Shown here: piece after piece, positions 52,966-64,000 of the stretch
How positions within the stretch are numbered: position 1 is the stretch's first letter
How the letters are laid out: every line of letters begins with the position of its first letter
From: Azolla caroliniana
Taxonomy: Eukaryota > Plantae > Polypodiophyta
Length of the DNA: 64,000 bases
NCBI GenBank assembly: GCA_043228905.1
Contig: JBHGNT010000018.1
Coordinates: 11,284,001 to 11,348,000, forward strand
Reading direction: 5' to 3'
Translations under genes and position numbers: made by a program
Notes under the pieces: model-generated
Databases searched by the model: none
What the model saw: the letters and a program-made list of their open reading frames with translations, nothing else
Told to the model about the DNA's origin: nothing

Positions 52966-55900
52966 TGTGAACGATTGCTTGCGGAAGCATTAGAGAAGCA
53001 GAGAATACAGAAAATATGCGGAGAGTACGCGGTAAAGACAGAGAGAGCAAAACGTAAAAGTTATATTCAGAATAATAGTAAACACTCTGTACATACTCTG
53101 TGCTCAGTAGCACTATTTATACAAGTCCTACGCGGACTGACAGAAGTACTGTGTACTTCAATGCTCACACAAGCATCTGACACTAAATTTGAAACTATAA
53201 CTACCTAGTAATCTAACTTATTAGTAGGCTTCCGGTTACTGCTGGATCCGGCTAACCGGCTCTCTGCGACTCTGTAGCTTGCCGGCTCGGTTGCTCACTA
53301 GCATACCGATCTGTCTCACTTACCGGCTCAGGCTTTTCAGCCGATCCGGCTCCAGTTGAGCTTGCCGCTCAACACTCCCCCTCAAGCTCAACTCGAGGTC
53401 GGGTTGTAGTGTCATTCTCTATGGCGGCCGGTTCTTTCGACTAACTTCTCCTAGCGTCGCTCCGCCTTGCTCGCGCTCCTCATCCAGCCTGGTCCCGTTT
53501 GCCGCGACCCCTCTGGTTCTGCACGCCTCCACCTTCTTGGTCGGCATGTCTACTCCTCATTAGGCCCATCTCAGCTCCTTCGCTGCTATGACTCCGGCGC
53601 TTGTCTATCCGTCAGTTCCTCCGCGATGGCATTGACTTCCGTTGCGTCCGTGTCTCCTTGGCCTTTGGCTGATCCGACTTATCCGGATCCAACTCTTGAT
53701 GTGAATCAGCTGTCTCCGACTCATTCCAGCTCTTGTCCGAATCAGTATCCTCCGATTCGATTTCCGACATCAGGCCTTTCATCACATCGGACCACGTCCG
53801 GGTCTTGGCCTTCTCCGTGCTTCCCTCGGCTTCTTCAGCCAGTTCACCGAAATCAAATTCTTCATTCGACTCCGCATCATGGTCATTACCGTCGTGATGA
53901 CCTCCACACAGCATGCACTTCTCTTCCTGAGTGCACACTTCTTCTTCCTTCCGGTTGGCTCGGTCCTTCTTGACTCTGCCACCACAACCGCTTGCTCCGA
54001 CTTGTTCGGATGTGTCGACTTCCTTCCTCGGCTCGGCTTCTTTCTTCTTCTTGTCTCCCCTTCTTCCGGTTCTTCTCTTACCGACAGGTTCAACAATTTC
54101 TTTGCCTTTGCCCGTTTTGGTAGTGTCTTTGCCCTTGCTTCTCCCCCTCAAGTGCAACACGTTGAGATGCTGAACACCAAGCATGTCGGTAAAGTGCTGC
54201 AACTTGTCAGATCCGCGCGTCTTGGTGAAGATGTCGGCAACTTGCTGATCCGTGTGAACATACAGAAGTTCAACTTCACCGCTCAGGACCCGCTCACTTA
54301 TAAAATGATAATGCACTTCTATGTGCTTCGTGCGAGCATGGAACATAGAGTTTTTGGCGAGCTGCATGCTGCTGATGTTATCACAATAAATCGGGATCGA
54401 GGTCGGTACCTTGATCCGCAAGTCTCGCAGCAGTCGCCGAAGCCAAATGGCTTCGCAGGTAGCCACGATCGTGCCCCGGCACTCAGCCTCAGTGCTAGAC
54501 AGAGCCATTGTTGGTTGCTTTTTGCTACTCCACGCAACAGCCGCACTTCCAAGAGAAAACATAAATCCGGAAGTCGATCGGCGATCTGACGCATCACTGG
54601 CCCAGTCGGCATCCGTGTAGCCGACCAACTCTTCAGTTATACTTCGCCGGTATAACAGTCCCCGGTCCTTCGTGCCGCTTACATATCACAATATTCGTTG
54701 CGCGCACTAAAGGTGCTCCACAGTCGGCTTCTGCATGAATTGGCTTATCACTCCAACCGGATAGTTGATGCCGGGTCGGGTGATGGTCAAATATATAAGG
54801 CTTCCAACAATTTGTCGGAACCGTTTCTCATTGCAGGCCGGTCCGGAGTTGGGACGGAGCTTCTGGTTCCGGTCCAAGGGTGTGGAGACAGGTCGGCATT
54901 CTGTCATGCCGAACTTGTATAGCATATTCAACGCGTAATGCCGTTGGGAGAGCAATATGCCATCGGGGGTGTGGATCACCTCGATCCCGAGGAAGTAATG
55001 AAGGTCCCCTAGGTCCTTCATCTCAAATGCGTCCAACAACTGGGACGACCCGGTCAATTTCAGAAAGGCCCGATCCAGTGATGACTAAATCATCAACATA
55101 CAGTAGTATACATACCGGACCGTCTGAGCCTTTCCGGATGAACAATGAAGAGTCCGACTTGGAGGCCGCGAATCCCATCTTACACAACCGGTGTGTGATT
55201 TTCGCATTCCAAGCTCGGGGGGCTTGCTTCAAGCCGTAAAGTGACTTCTTCAGTCGACATACCGCCGACTTGTTCATCTCTGATTGGAAACCAGGGGGTT
55301 GGATCATATAGACCCGTTCTTCAAGATGTCCTTGAAGGAAGGCATTCTTCACATCCATCTGGTGAAGATGCCACCCCCTTGCCGCAGCAACCGCTAGCAC
55401 CACACGAACCGTCGTCATCTTCGCGATAGGAGCAAAGGTCTCGTCGTAATCAATTCCATGGGTCTGCACGTACCCCTTCGCCACTAACCGGGCCTTGTAC
55501 CGGTTAACTGAACCGTCAGTGTTGTACTTTACCTTGTACACCCACTTGCATCCGATCGGTTTGTAGTGACGGGGAGGGTCAACCAGGTCCCATGTCTCGT
55601 TGGCATCCAGTGCCTGCATTTCTTCCTCCATAGCAGCACGCCAATTTGCGTCCTTTGCCGCTTCTGCATAGCTCTCCGGCTCACGCACTTCCGCCACCTT
55701 AGTCATGTACGCATAGTGATGTGCCATGTACTCATTGTACCCGTACCGCTTGACGGGATCCTTCTGGCGGGTGGACCGGCGTAATTCACTGTTACCTGTA
55801 TTGAGGCCCTTCTTAGCCGGTCCGGACTTCATTGCCGAAGATCCGCCTTTCTCCTTGCCGGAGTCGGATGCACACCTATCCGACTCATCGTTGCCGGTTT

Positions 55901-58900
55901 CGAATTCCGGCATCTTCTTTTTCCCTTTCTCTTTGTGCGTGAACCGTCTCCTCGGTTCCTTGTGCGGGGAGAGCACGACAGAGTCTCAACTACTCGCCGG
56001 TTCCTCATCGAACTAGTCAGATTGACTCAGTCTCTCGTTCGGTCCGCTCAAGCGAAACGATTCCAGACTCTCATCTTGAGTCCACGCTTCATCATCCTCT
56101 ACCTGGGCCAGTTCTGGCTCACTAGCCTCATCCTCCGGCATCGGGACGGGATCGAAAGTCAGAGTCGGTAAGGAATACCATGATGCCGATTCATCGAACT
56201 CGACATCTCAGCTAACTCGGACCTGCTTTGTCCGGGGGTTATAACACTTATAACCCTTTTGCTCTTGAGCATAGCCAACGTGGATGCATTTTTCTGATTT
56301 TGCATCCAGCTTCCTCCGCTTCTCATTCGGCACATGCACGTATGCAATGCTACCGAATATCCTAAGGTGTCTTAAGTTCGGCTTGCGCCCGAAATACAGC
56401 TCGTGAGCTGACACCTTGTCACCAATCTGGTTTTGGATGTAGACGGCCGTCCAGACCGCTTCCGCCCAGTAGAATTTGGGCATGCTCTTCTCCTCCAGCA
56501 TTTCCCTTGCCGCATCAATAAGCGACCGGTTCTTCCTTTCGGCGACACCATTCTATTGCGGTGTGTATCTGCAGCTGTACTCATGCCGAATTCCTTTTTG
56601 CTGCAGATAGCTGTTGAATTGGCCGGAAAAATATTCTTTTCCGCCATCCGACCGCAGCCATTTGATCTTCCTCTCCGATTCCCGTTCCACCATGTTCTGG
56701 AGGCTCCGGAAACATTCGAAGACTTCACTCTTCCGCTCAATGAGGTAGATCCATGTGTGCCGTGTATAGTCGTCGATGAAGGAGATAAAATATCGACTCC
56801 CGCCAAGACTAACATTCTGTGTCGGTCCCCACACATCCGAATGGATAAGGTCGAGCTTGTTACGGCTCCGGTTTCGTTTAGTGGGGAATGGAAGCCAGTG
56901 TTGCTTCCCGAGTTGGCAGGCTTCACATACTTGGGCTCTTCGGCCGCTAAACTTCTGCAAACCAAAAAAAACTTGTTTCGTTTGCAGGTCTTGAAGCCTC
57001 CGGTAATTGACGTGGCCTATCCGCTTGTGCCAAAGGTCGATGTCCGACTCGACCTTCTGTCCTTTTGCGAATAGAGCGGTGCCGACGTCATTGGTGTCGA
57101 GGATAAACATCCTCTCGTCTCTGCGCCCTTGCGCAATAACTTCGCCCTCATCCTCAATGAAGCACGCAAGGTGCGTAAACCGCACCTGCATCCCCTGGTC
57201 AACGATCTGTCCGACCGACAACAGGTTCTTCGTGATTGTCGGAACGTGTAACACGTTCATCAGCTTCCCCTTCTATCCGACCTGGCTCAAAGGGACTTCT
57301 CTGACATGCACGATTGGGTGAGTGTCGTCTCCGGTTTCGACTACTCCTGGTTGATCCGGTTTCTCCAACAAAGAGAACCACTCCTTGTGGCTCGTCATGT
57401 GGTTTGATTCGCCGGAATCAACGTACCACACTTCCTCCGATTTGGAAGTGGTCTTCTTCATTGAGTTCGCTTTGTGCTTCTTCACCAAGGTTGGCCCCTT
57501 ACCATTCTTGGATCCTCCCGATCCGTTTGCGTAGTGCAAGCTTTGCCAACCATCCTTGCCAGCCTTGCCGGATCCGGATTTGTCCGAATCGGCGCGCTTT
57601 CTCCAACACTCACTTTCTCTGTGGCCCTTCTTGCCACAATACCAGCATTCCGTTGCGGATTTGTTTTGTCGGCCTCCAATACCGCATTGACTCCCCCTGC
57701 TCCCGGAGGGTCCAGAATTGTTGTCGGCATGATCTCTGTGCCGTCGTTCTTGCTCTTGCCGGCCTCCTCCATTGCGTGCCGACCCGCCTCGTCCACCACG
57801 CCCACGGGACCAATCCTCCTCCGTGTATAGCATCCGGCTATCAGTGGGTGCGCTAGTTGACGCACCGGCGTGGTTCTCCTCTACAAGGAGCATCGACTGT
57901 AAGTCAAAAAATGACGGTGTATTCTCCCTTGTACAAACCTCTGTCCGAAAGGCTTTGTACTTAGACGCCAGGCCCCCAAGACATACCTTTACCATCTCGT
58001 CTTCCTCTACGGTGACGTTAATAGAGGCAAGCGAGTCACAGATCTCTTTGATCTGGGCCGTATAGTCAGCCACCGACAAGTCCCTTTGTCGGACATTGCT
58101 CAACTCTTGTCGGAGTTGCAGCTTTCGGGCTGTAGTGCTTGCGGCGAAAACCTTCTTCAGGTTTCCCCAAGCGTCTTGGTGAAAACCTCCTTCGGCGTCT
58201 TGGCGTCTCGGATTTGGCTCAGCGGTTGATCCCCGACACTGGACGCAAAGCAGTACATCACTCTGCTTGCCGATTGTCCCCACGCTGGGAAATCCTCATG
58301 TGTCGTATTAGTTGTTGTTTTGTTCATTCCTTCCACGAAACTCCAATACCCATGCCCCAGTAGGTACTGATGCATTTTGTACGACCAGGACGCATAGTTG
58401 CTCCGGTCGAGTTTCTCTGTGGGAAGTGAACTTGCCATACCTCTATCCATAACCACTTCAGTGTCTGTTCTTGCGACCTGTTGGGTTTTGCTTCTCAAGA
58501 CGAATGTCTGCAGTAGAGGTTCTCAACCCTTGCGCTCTGATACCATGTGAACGATTGCTTGCGGAAGCGTTAGAGAAGCGGAGAAAATAGAAAATATGCA
58601 GAGAGTACGCGGGAGAGACAGAGAGAGCAGAACGTAAAAGTTATATTCAGAATAATAGTAAACACTCTGTACATACTCTGTGCTCAGTAGCACTATTTAT
58701 ACAAGTCCTACATGGACTGACAGAAGTATTGTGTACTTCAATGCTCACACGAGCATCTGACACTAACTCTTAGACTATAACTACCTAGTAATCTAACTTA
58801 TTACTAGGCTTCCGGTTACTGCTGGATCCGGCTAACCGGCTCTCTGCTCAGCGCCTGTGTAGCTTGCTGGCTCGGTTGCTCACCGGCATACCGATTTGTC

Positions 58901-58959
58901 TCACTTACCGGCTCAAGCTTTTCAGCCAATCCGGCTCTAGTTGAGCTTGCCGCTCAACA
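52966..58959 (-). mobile_element. Full-length Ty1/copia with frameshifts and extended RNase H tail
   Basis: LTRs 52966-53374 and 58546-58959, TSD CATTT, PBS 58534-58545, PPT 53375-53384. Confidence 0.96.
53612..58459 (-). pseudogene. gag-pol: Copia gag-pol, fragmented
   Basis: CWYCGKKGHRESEC, WYVDSG, SDVWGP, LLYVDDLV, TDADWA. Confidence 0.92.
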
Positions 58960-59926
58960 CATTTGTTGAACCAGTTGTGTCAGAAGTCTTGTGAGGTGTC
59001 CCACCCTCGGTTTGAAATTTCGACGGTGTCTGGTTGTTCTCCCCTGTGGTTGTTGTCGACTCGGTTCTGACTTGCCTCTTAGTGACTCTGCCTTTGTCAA
59101 CTCTTTTCGATTCCGCTGTGTCTTTGAAGACTTTTTCTTTGAGTTCGACGATAGGACTTGTTGCCGATTCGGTGTCGGCAGGGAAGTTGGCAGCTTGTTG
59201 GAGTTCAACTGTTTGTCAAGTCTCCGATTCGGCCCAATTGGTCGGTCCTTCCACGATAGTGATGTCATCTTTGAAGGATACCTTCTTACCAACTATTTTT
59301 TGTTGGTTCCGCTAAGAGAAGATAGAGTCTTCATTGAAGACTAAATTGCTGCTCCAGATCAATTTCCGGTTCTCAGGGTCCCATAGCTGGTAGTCGAAGT
59401 CCCTATCGGTTCCATAACTGAGAAATATGCACTTTGTTGCATGGGGTGCCAACTTCGTCCTTTTGTCCCTGGGGATGAACGCGTAGGCTTCGCATCCAAA
59501 TATACGGAGCCTATTGTAGGTCGGTTGTTTGCCTGACCATAGTGCATGTGGCACTTCGAGCCTGATTGCTCTTGACGGCACTAGATTTATCAGGTACACC
59601 GCCGTCTGCAATGCCTCGGCCTAGAATTCCAGCTTCAGTCCGGCTTGCTAGAGCATTGCCGTCACCGTCTCTTGGATCGTTCGGTTGATCCATTCAGCCA
59701 CCCCATTCTGCATGGGTGTGTAAGGAACGGTCCTTTGATGTCAGATCCCTTTTTCAGACAGGTATTGTTTGAAGTCTCTAGAGGTGTACTCACCTCCGTT
59801 GTCGGATCGGAGTGTCTTCACTCTGTGTCCCGACCAGTTCTCCACTTTAGATATACATCGAGTGAAGACCTCGAGCGCTTCATCTTTGACCTTGATGGAG
59901 TATGCCCAAACTTTCCGTTTTCGCTT

Positions 59927-62900
59927 TGTTACGCACGTGCATGGAGAACGAGGCGGGACCACAGGGGCCTTGGACCGAGAAATAACGGAATGAGAAGAGG
60001 GGAAGCAAACTACCGATGTACTTCACACGCACACAGACACAGATTCACAGGATTTGCAACTAACTCTGAATAATGGAGACAGAACGAATGTATAGATATA
60101 TATGAATCAAGGAGTTACAACCGGCAAGCTGGCGAGTGATAGGCTCTGACGCCTGCACACAGAGACACACACAAAATGCGAGATGGAGACTCTGCCAGAA
60201 GCACTTTGGCGTTCCGCAGAGCAAAGTCAGCCTCCCGAAAACCTACACAGAACGACTATGGACACGACAGAGGAGAAGAGCTCGGTTCTAGTCCGGCAGC
60301 ACTTCGCCCTCTACAAAACGCGATCCCTTTTACAATACCTCTCCCTCTCTTTTATAAACCAGGGAGGGAGGCCGTTACCACCCGTTATATCATGTTTATT
60401 CCCTGTCCGAAATTTGATTTTCTCCCTAATGAATGTGTGCTACCTAGGATTTCACCTCAGCCGACTTGTACCTATCTACATACTATACAACAAAACTTGT
60501 GCCCCCGTATAAGGGCCGGTTTACGCACGTTATACTCGGTTTCCGCCTAGGGACGGTTTTCTCCGCGACATCCGCCCCCACCTAACCGCGCATCCACCAG
60601 TATGCGCCAAAATTAGACTCGTGCCGGAGAAGACCGGCCCACAATTATCCTCCATCTTCCGGATCGACATCCGTCCCGAGCCAGTTGTTGTCGCTATCCA
60701 GGTTATCCGGGTCCGGTTCAGCCTCGTGCCACTTTTTGAATGGTTTGATCCTTTTCCCTGCCACTGGTACCGCCATCCTTGTCCCGTCAAGCTCCGCGAG
60801 ATGGTAGATCCCATTGTCGTTGGCGCTTGTCACCACATAAGGCCCGAACCACCTTCTTGCAAACTTTCGCGTTGCCCTGTGCTGGTTGTCGAGGCTGCTG
60901 TCATACACTAGAACCCAGTCGCCTTCCTCGATCTTCTTCGGTCTCAGTCAGTGAGTCTGGTCGAACCATCCTTCGCGGCTTGGTCCACGTCCTCCGGTCT
61001 TCGCTCCAGCTGCCGAATCTGTGCCGCTAACAGCTCCTCCCGGATCATCTCGTCTTTCCAGTCCATCGTGGCCCATGAGGAGATTATCTACTCCGTTGGC
61101 ATGATCGTCTTCTACCCGTACATTAGCTCTACCGGCATGAACCCAGTTACCGAACTGTGCGTAGTTCGGTCCGCCCACAACGCATAGGGTAAGAGCCGCG
61201 GCCAGTTCCCGACTTGGCCTCCACACGCCCGTACTAACGCTTTGACGATCGGCCCGTGGCCGTGTTCCACCTTCCCGTTAGCCTCCGGATTGTACATTGT
61301 GGTGAACGAGAGTTTAATCCCTAGCCGGTCAAAGAGCTCTTCCGCTTTATCTTCTCGAATGTGGCCCACATCCCATGGTGTCCGGCCCAGGGACTCTCGT
61401 GGTATGCCGTCAGCAATTCTTCCTGTTCCTCTTTCTTCGCCACCACTCAGAGAGGGATGCCGTTTCTCTTCTTCGAGTGCTTCCCTATACTCCCGTCCCG
61501 TAGGAAGAATAGGTACGCTTTCTTTCGAATTCGGTTGGTCTCTTCCTTCCTCCACGCCGCGTTCGGTGTCATTGTCTTTAGGAACCCGTTGATCTGGAGC
61601 CACTCCCCGTTGTATTTGCTCTCGTCAAATTCGTTAAGCGTCGGAGTGCCCCCCTTTCTTGTTGTTACGTAAGCCGCCTCGAAGAAGTCCACGCCGACTT
61701 CCTCGTCCTCCGAAACCATGCCGTCCTCGTCATCGAACCTCGTTCTCGAAAGCATGTCGGCCATGGCATTGTCTTTTCCGGAAATGTGTCATATTTCCGG
61801 ATTCAAGGACTTGATGTACGCTATCCACCTGAGCATTGCCAGGTCCGGCGTCGCGCATCCGGAAACCATGCCGAGAATCAGCAAGCAGTCCGTCTCGATT
61901 ATCACCTATGTCCCGATCAAGTAGTCTTTATCGGCCTTGACCACCGAAACGATACCCCAGAGTTCGCATTTAACCTAAGAGTAACCAACGGACAAAAGCG
62001 TAGGACTAAGAAATAATATAAGAGCATAAGGCATGTAACGGTTCACGCAGGAAGCGTGAACGGCTAAATAGACCCTGCGTATATAAAGGGCAGAAAACCT
62101 CTGATAGAGGGAGCATGTAATTTTGGGAATGTAAAGAAACGTCTCATAATAGAATTCTATCTTCTCTGATTTCCTGTGTATAGCTACGGCTAATTCACTG
62201 TGTGTGTCTTGAATACCTAAGCATTTAAGTACGTAAGTGTAACCCTTGATAGGGATTCGGTTGTAGACGTCTCCCTTATACGCTGATAGGTTACAAGGAA
62301 CCTTCCCCTACGCATTATGCTTAGACACTTGTTCGTTGTTCCACCCACCTGGAGGTCTAGGTCGAAGGACTGACCGCAGACCGTGTTCCTAATCGGCAAC
62401 ACTGGGCATATCCTCGTTGTCTCTCACTGAGAACTTTCACGCCGAACCAGATGGGGAACCTCGTGCCATCGTCATCCTCTTGGTTGATCACCCATCCGAT
62501 CCCAGTCAAACTCGTGTCTACGGTCACATAAATCGGAGTGTCTTTGCCGTTCACCATGTGGGCTACCGAGTTCGTCCCTCCTTGCGGTAAGTTACACATC
62601 CAAACTAGGCCAAGAGGAGTCCGCATCGTCGTGACATCCCTGCTCTCTACGGCTAGTTAGAACTTATCGTACCCTGAGTACAGATCCCTAAACGAGTAGA
62701 TCGACCTCCCTGTGAAGGCCTCCACGAACTCATCAATGGTCGATCTAATACCTGCGTTTCGAATGGTCACCTTGTTGACCGGCTACAGGTCCTGTATGAA
62801 GCACAGTGTGCTGTTCTTCTTTGGTACTGTAAACCACCGATTCGAATATGGGGCACTTGATGGTTCGAGGATGCCCATTTCCACCTTCTGTTTCAGTAGC

Positions 62901-64000
62901 TCCATCAGCTTCGAGATGTGACGTCTGGGTACCGAAATCAATTTGAGATTCCACGGCACATGCGGTACCGTGAAGATCGCCATTGGTTCCACAACCGTCG
63001 GGTCTACGCACCCGATCTCCTCTGGCGAGAATGCGAAAGCCTTCCCGTGTCTCTTGAGCATTCTCCGAAACCGGTCCTCTTCCGCCGGTAGTAGAAAGCC
63101 ACCCCCACCGATCTTGAGCTCCCGTAGCGTTATGTCGGTGAACATGTGTCCTATGCTGACCGGATCTCGTAAACTTGGGTCCGACGCGACCCCCTTTATC
63201 CGTAACTCGCTACCCTCCATCAAGGGTGCCGCGACTGGCCTCACCTTCCGGTCCACAATCTTGTACTTCGTATCCAGTCGGGCCGTCCAATCCGACTCGA
63301 GTCCATTACCGAAGTCGGCGATGACTTCGTACATCTTTTTCGAACATACCGGAATCATCTGATCCTCATTAAGGCCTTCTCCGAACACCTCCCGAAACTT
63401 CCCTAAGGTGTCGTCGAAAGAGACTGCCTCCACAGCTCCGTTGATTTCCTCTTTAGGGCCGAGGACTCCGCATGCCCGAAGTCACTCCTCCGCCCGCTTC
63501 TTTTCCCGGCCAACTATGTCGGCTATCGTACAACCTCCGCTATCGAAGAACCAAAATTTCCTACTTCTGGTACAGGTCTTTTTGTCTATAGTACATCTTT
63601 GGGGTTTTTCCGAGGTGTCCGGACTATCGCGGCCCCACACCTTGATAACCCTCTCTAAAAATCCCCTCGGGTTTTGCCACTGAGGGTCTCGCGGTTGCGC
63701 TCATGGTTCGGTCGCACCGTCAGGAACTAGACCAAGTGATACCCATCCTGGCTCTTGACTTGTGCATATGTCGAACCGTTGTCCAGCACCTTTGTCTCCA
63801 TCCGTGCCGCTGTGATGTACGGTTCTCCGAGTATCACCGGATGCGAGGACGTCTCCTGCACGAAGAAGTGTTGATCGATCTCGACATCGCCGATTTTCAC
63901 TCGTACATTCGGGCAGGCTCCGTGTAGCTCCTCCATGGCGCGCGTTGCTTCCCGTATCTTCCACCCATGCTTGGTGTTCATCGGTCACTTTCCCTTCTTG
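59927..64000 (-). mobile_element. Divergent Ty3/gypsy (3' LTR 59927-60570; runs off the window)
   Basis: PPT AGGTGGGGGCGGA next to the LTR, INT NPEANGKVE and WFGPY, RH VTVDTS, RT SSAPYSNRWFTVPKKN / LPQGGTNS, PR C-terminus. Confidence 0.88.
61980..62401 (+). mobile_element. Probable solo LTR inside the gypsy RNase H
   Basis: Interrupts QRGYAQ/VKxELWG, ends CAACA, TATATAAA at about 62080, degenerate TSD CTAAG/CTGGG. Confidence 0.7.

Larger units (their letters stand above)
48239..59926 (-). mobile_element. TNT1-like copia host (3' LTR 48239-48506) broken by three insertions
   Basis: PPT 48509-48515, RH/RT at 51168-52965, INT at 58960-59926 (SDNGGEYTS). Confidence 0.82.

Overview
This window is eukaryotic, land-plant-type heterochromatin made almost entirely of nested LTR retrotransposons. 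I found no host gene, RNA gene or CRISPR array. About 17 elements or remnants can be delimited, many with LTR termini, primer-binding sites (PBS), polypurine tracts (PPT) and 5-bp target-site duplications (TSD). They are TNT1/Tork-like, Ale-like and other Ty1/copia elements, two Tcn1-like chromoviruses with a self-priming signature, a 13-kb non-chromovirus Ty3/gypsy with a large extra ORF, a non-coding LTR element nested in it, a divergent Ty3/gypsy at the right edge and two solo LTRs. The standout observation concerns the Ty3/gypsy at 5051-18272 and the non-coding element at 7964-11104 inside it. Both carry tRNA-Arg 3'-end motifs next to BOTH LTRs in opposite orientations and have no PPT abutting an LTR. 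This suggests that a tRNA, or a tRNA mimic, primes second-strand synthesis in place of a PPT. Lineage names and tRNA identities are recalled from motifs and were not database-checked. Boundaries and mismatch counts were read by eye.
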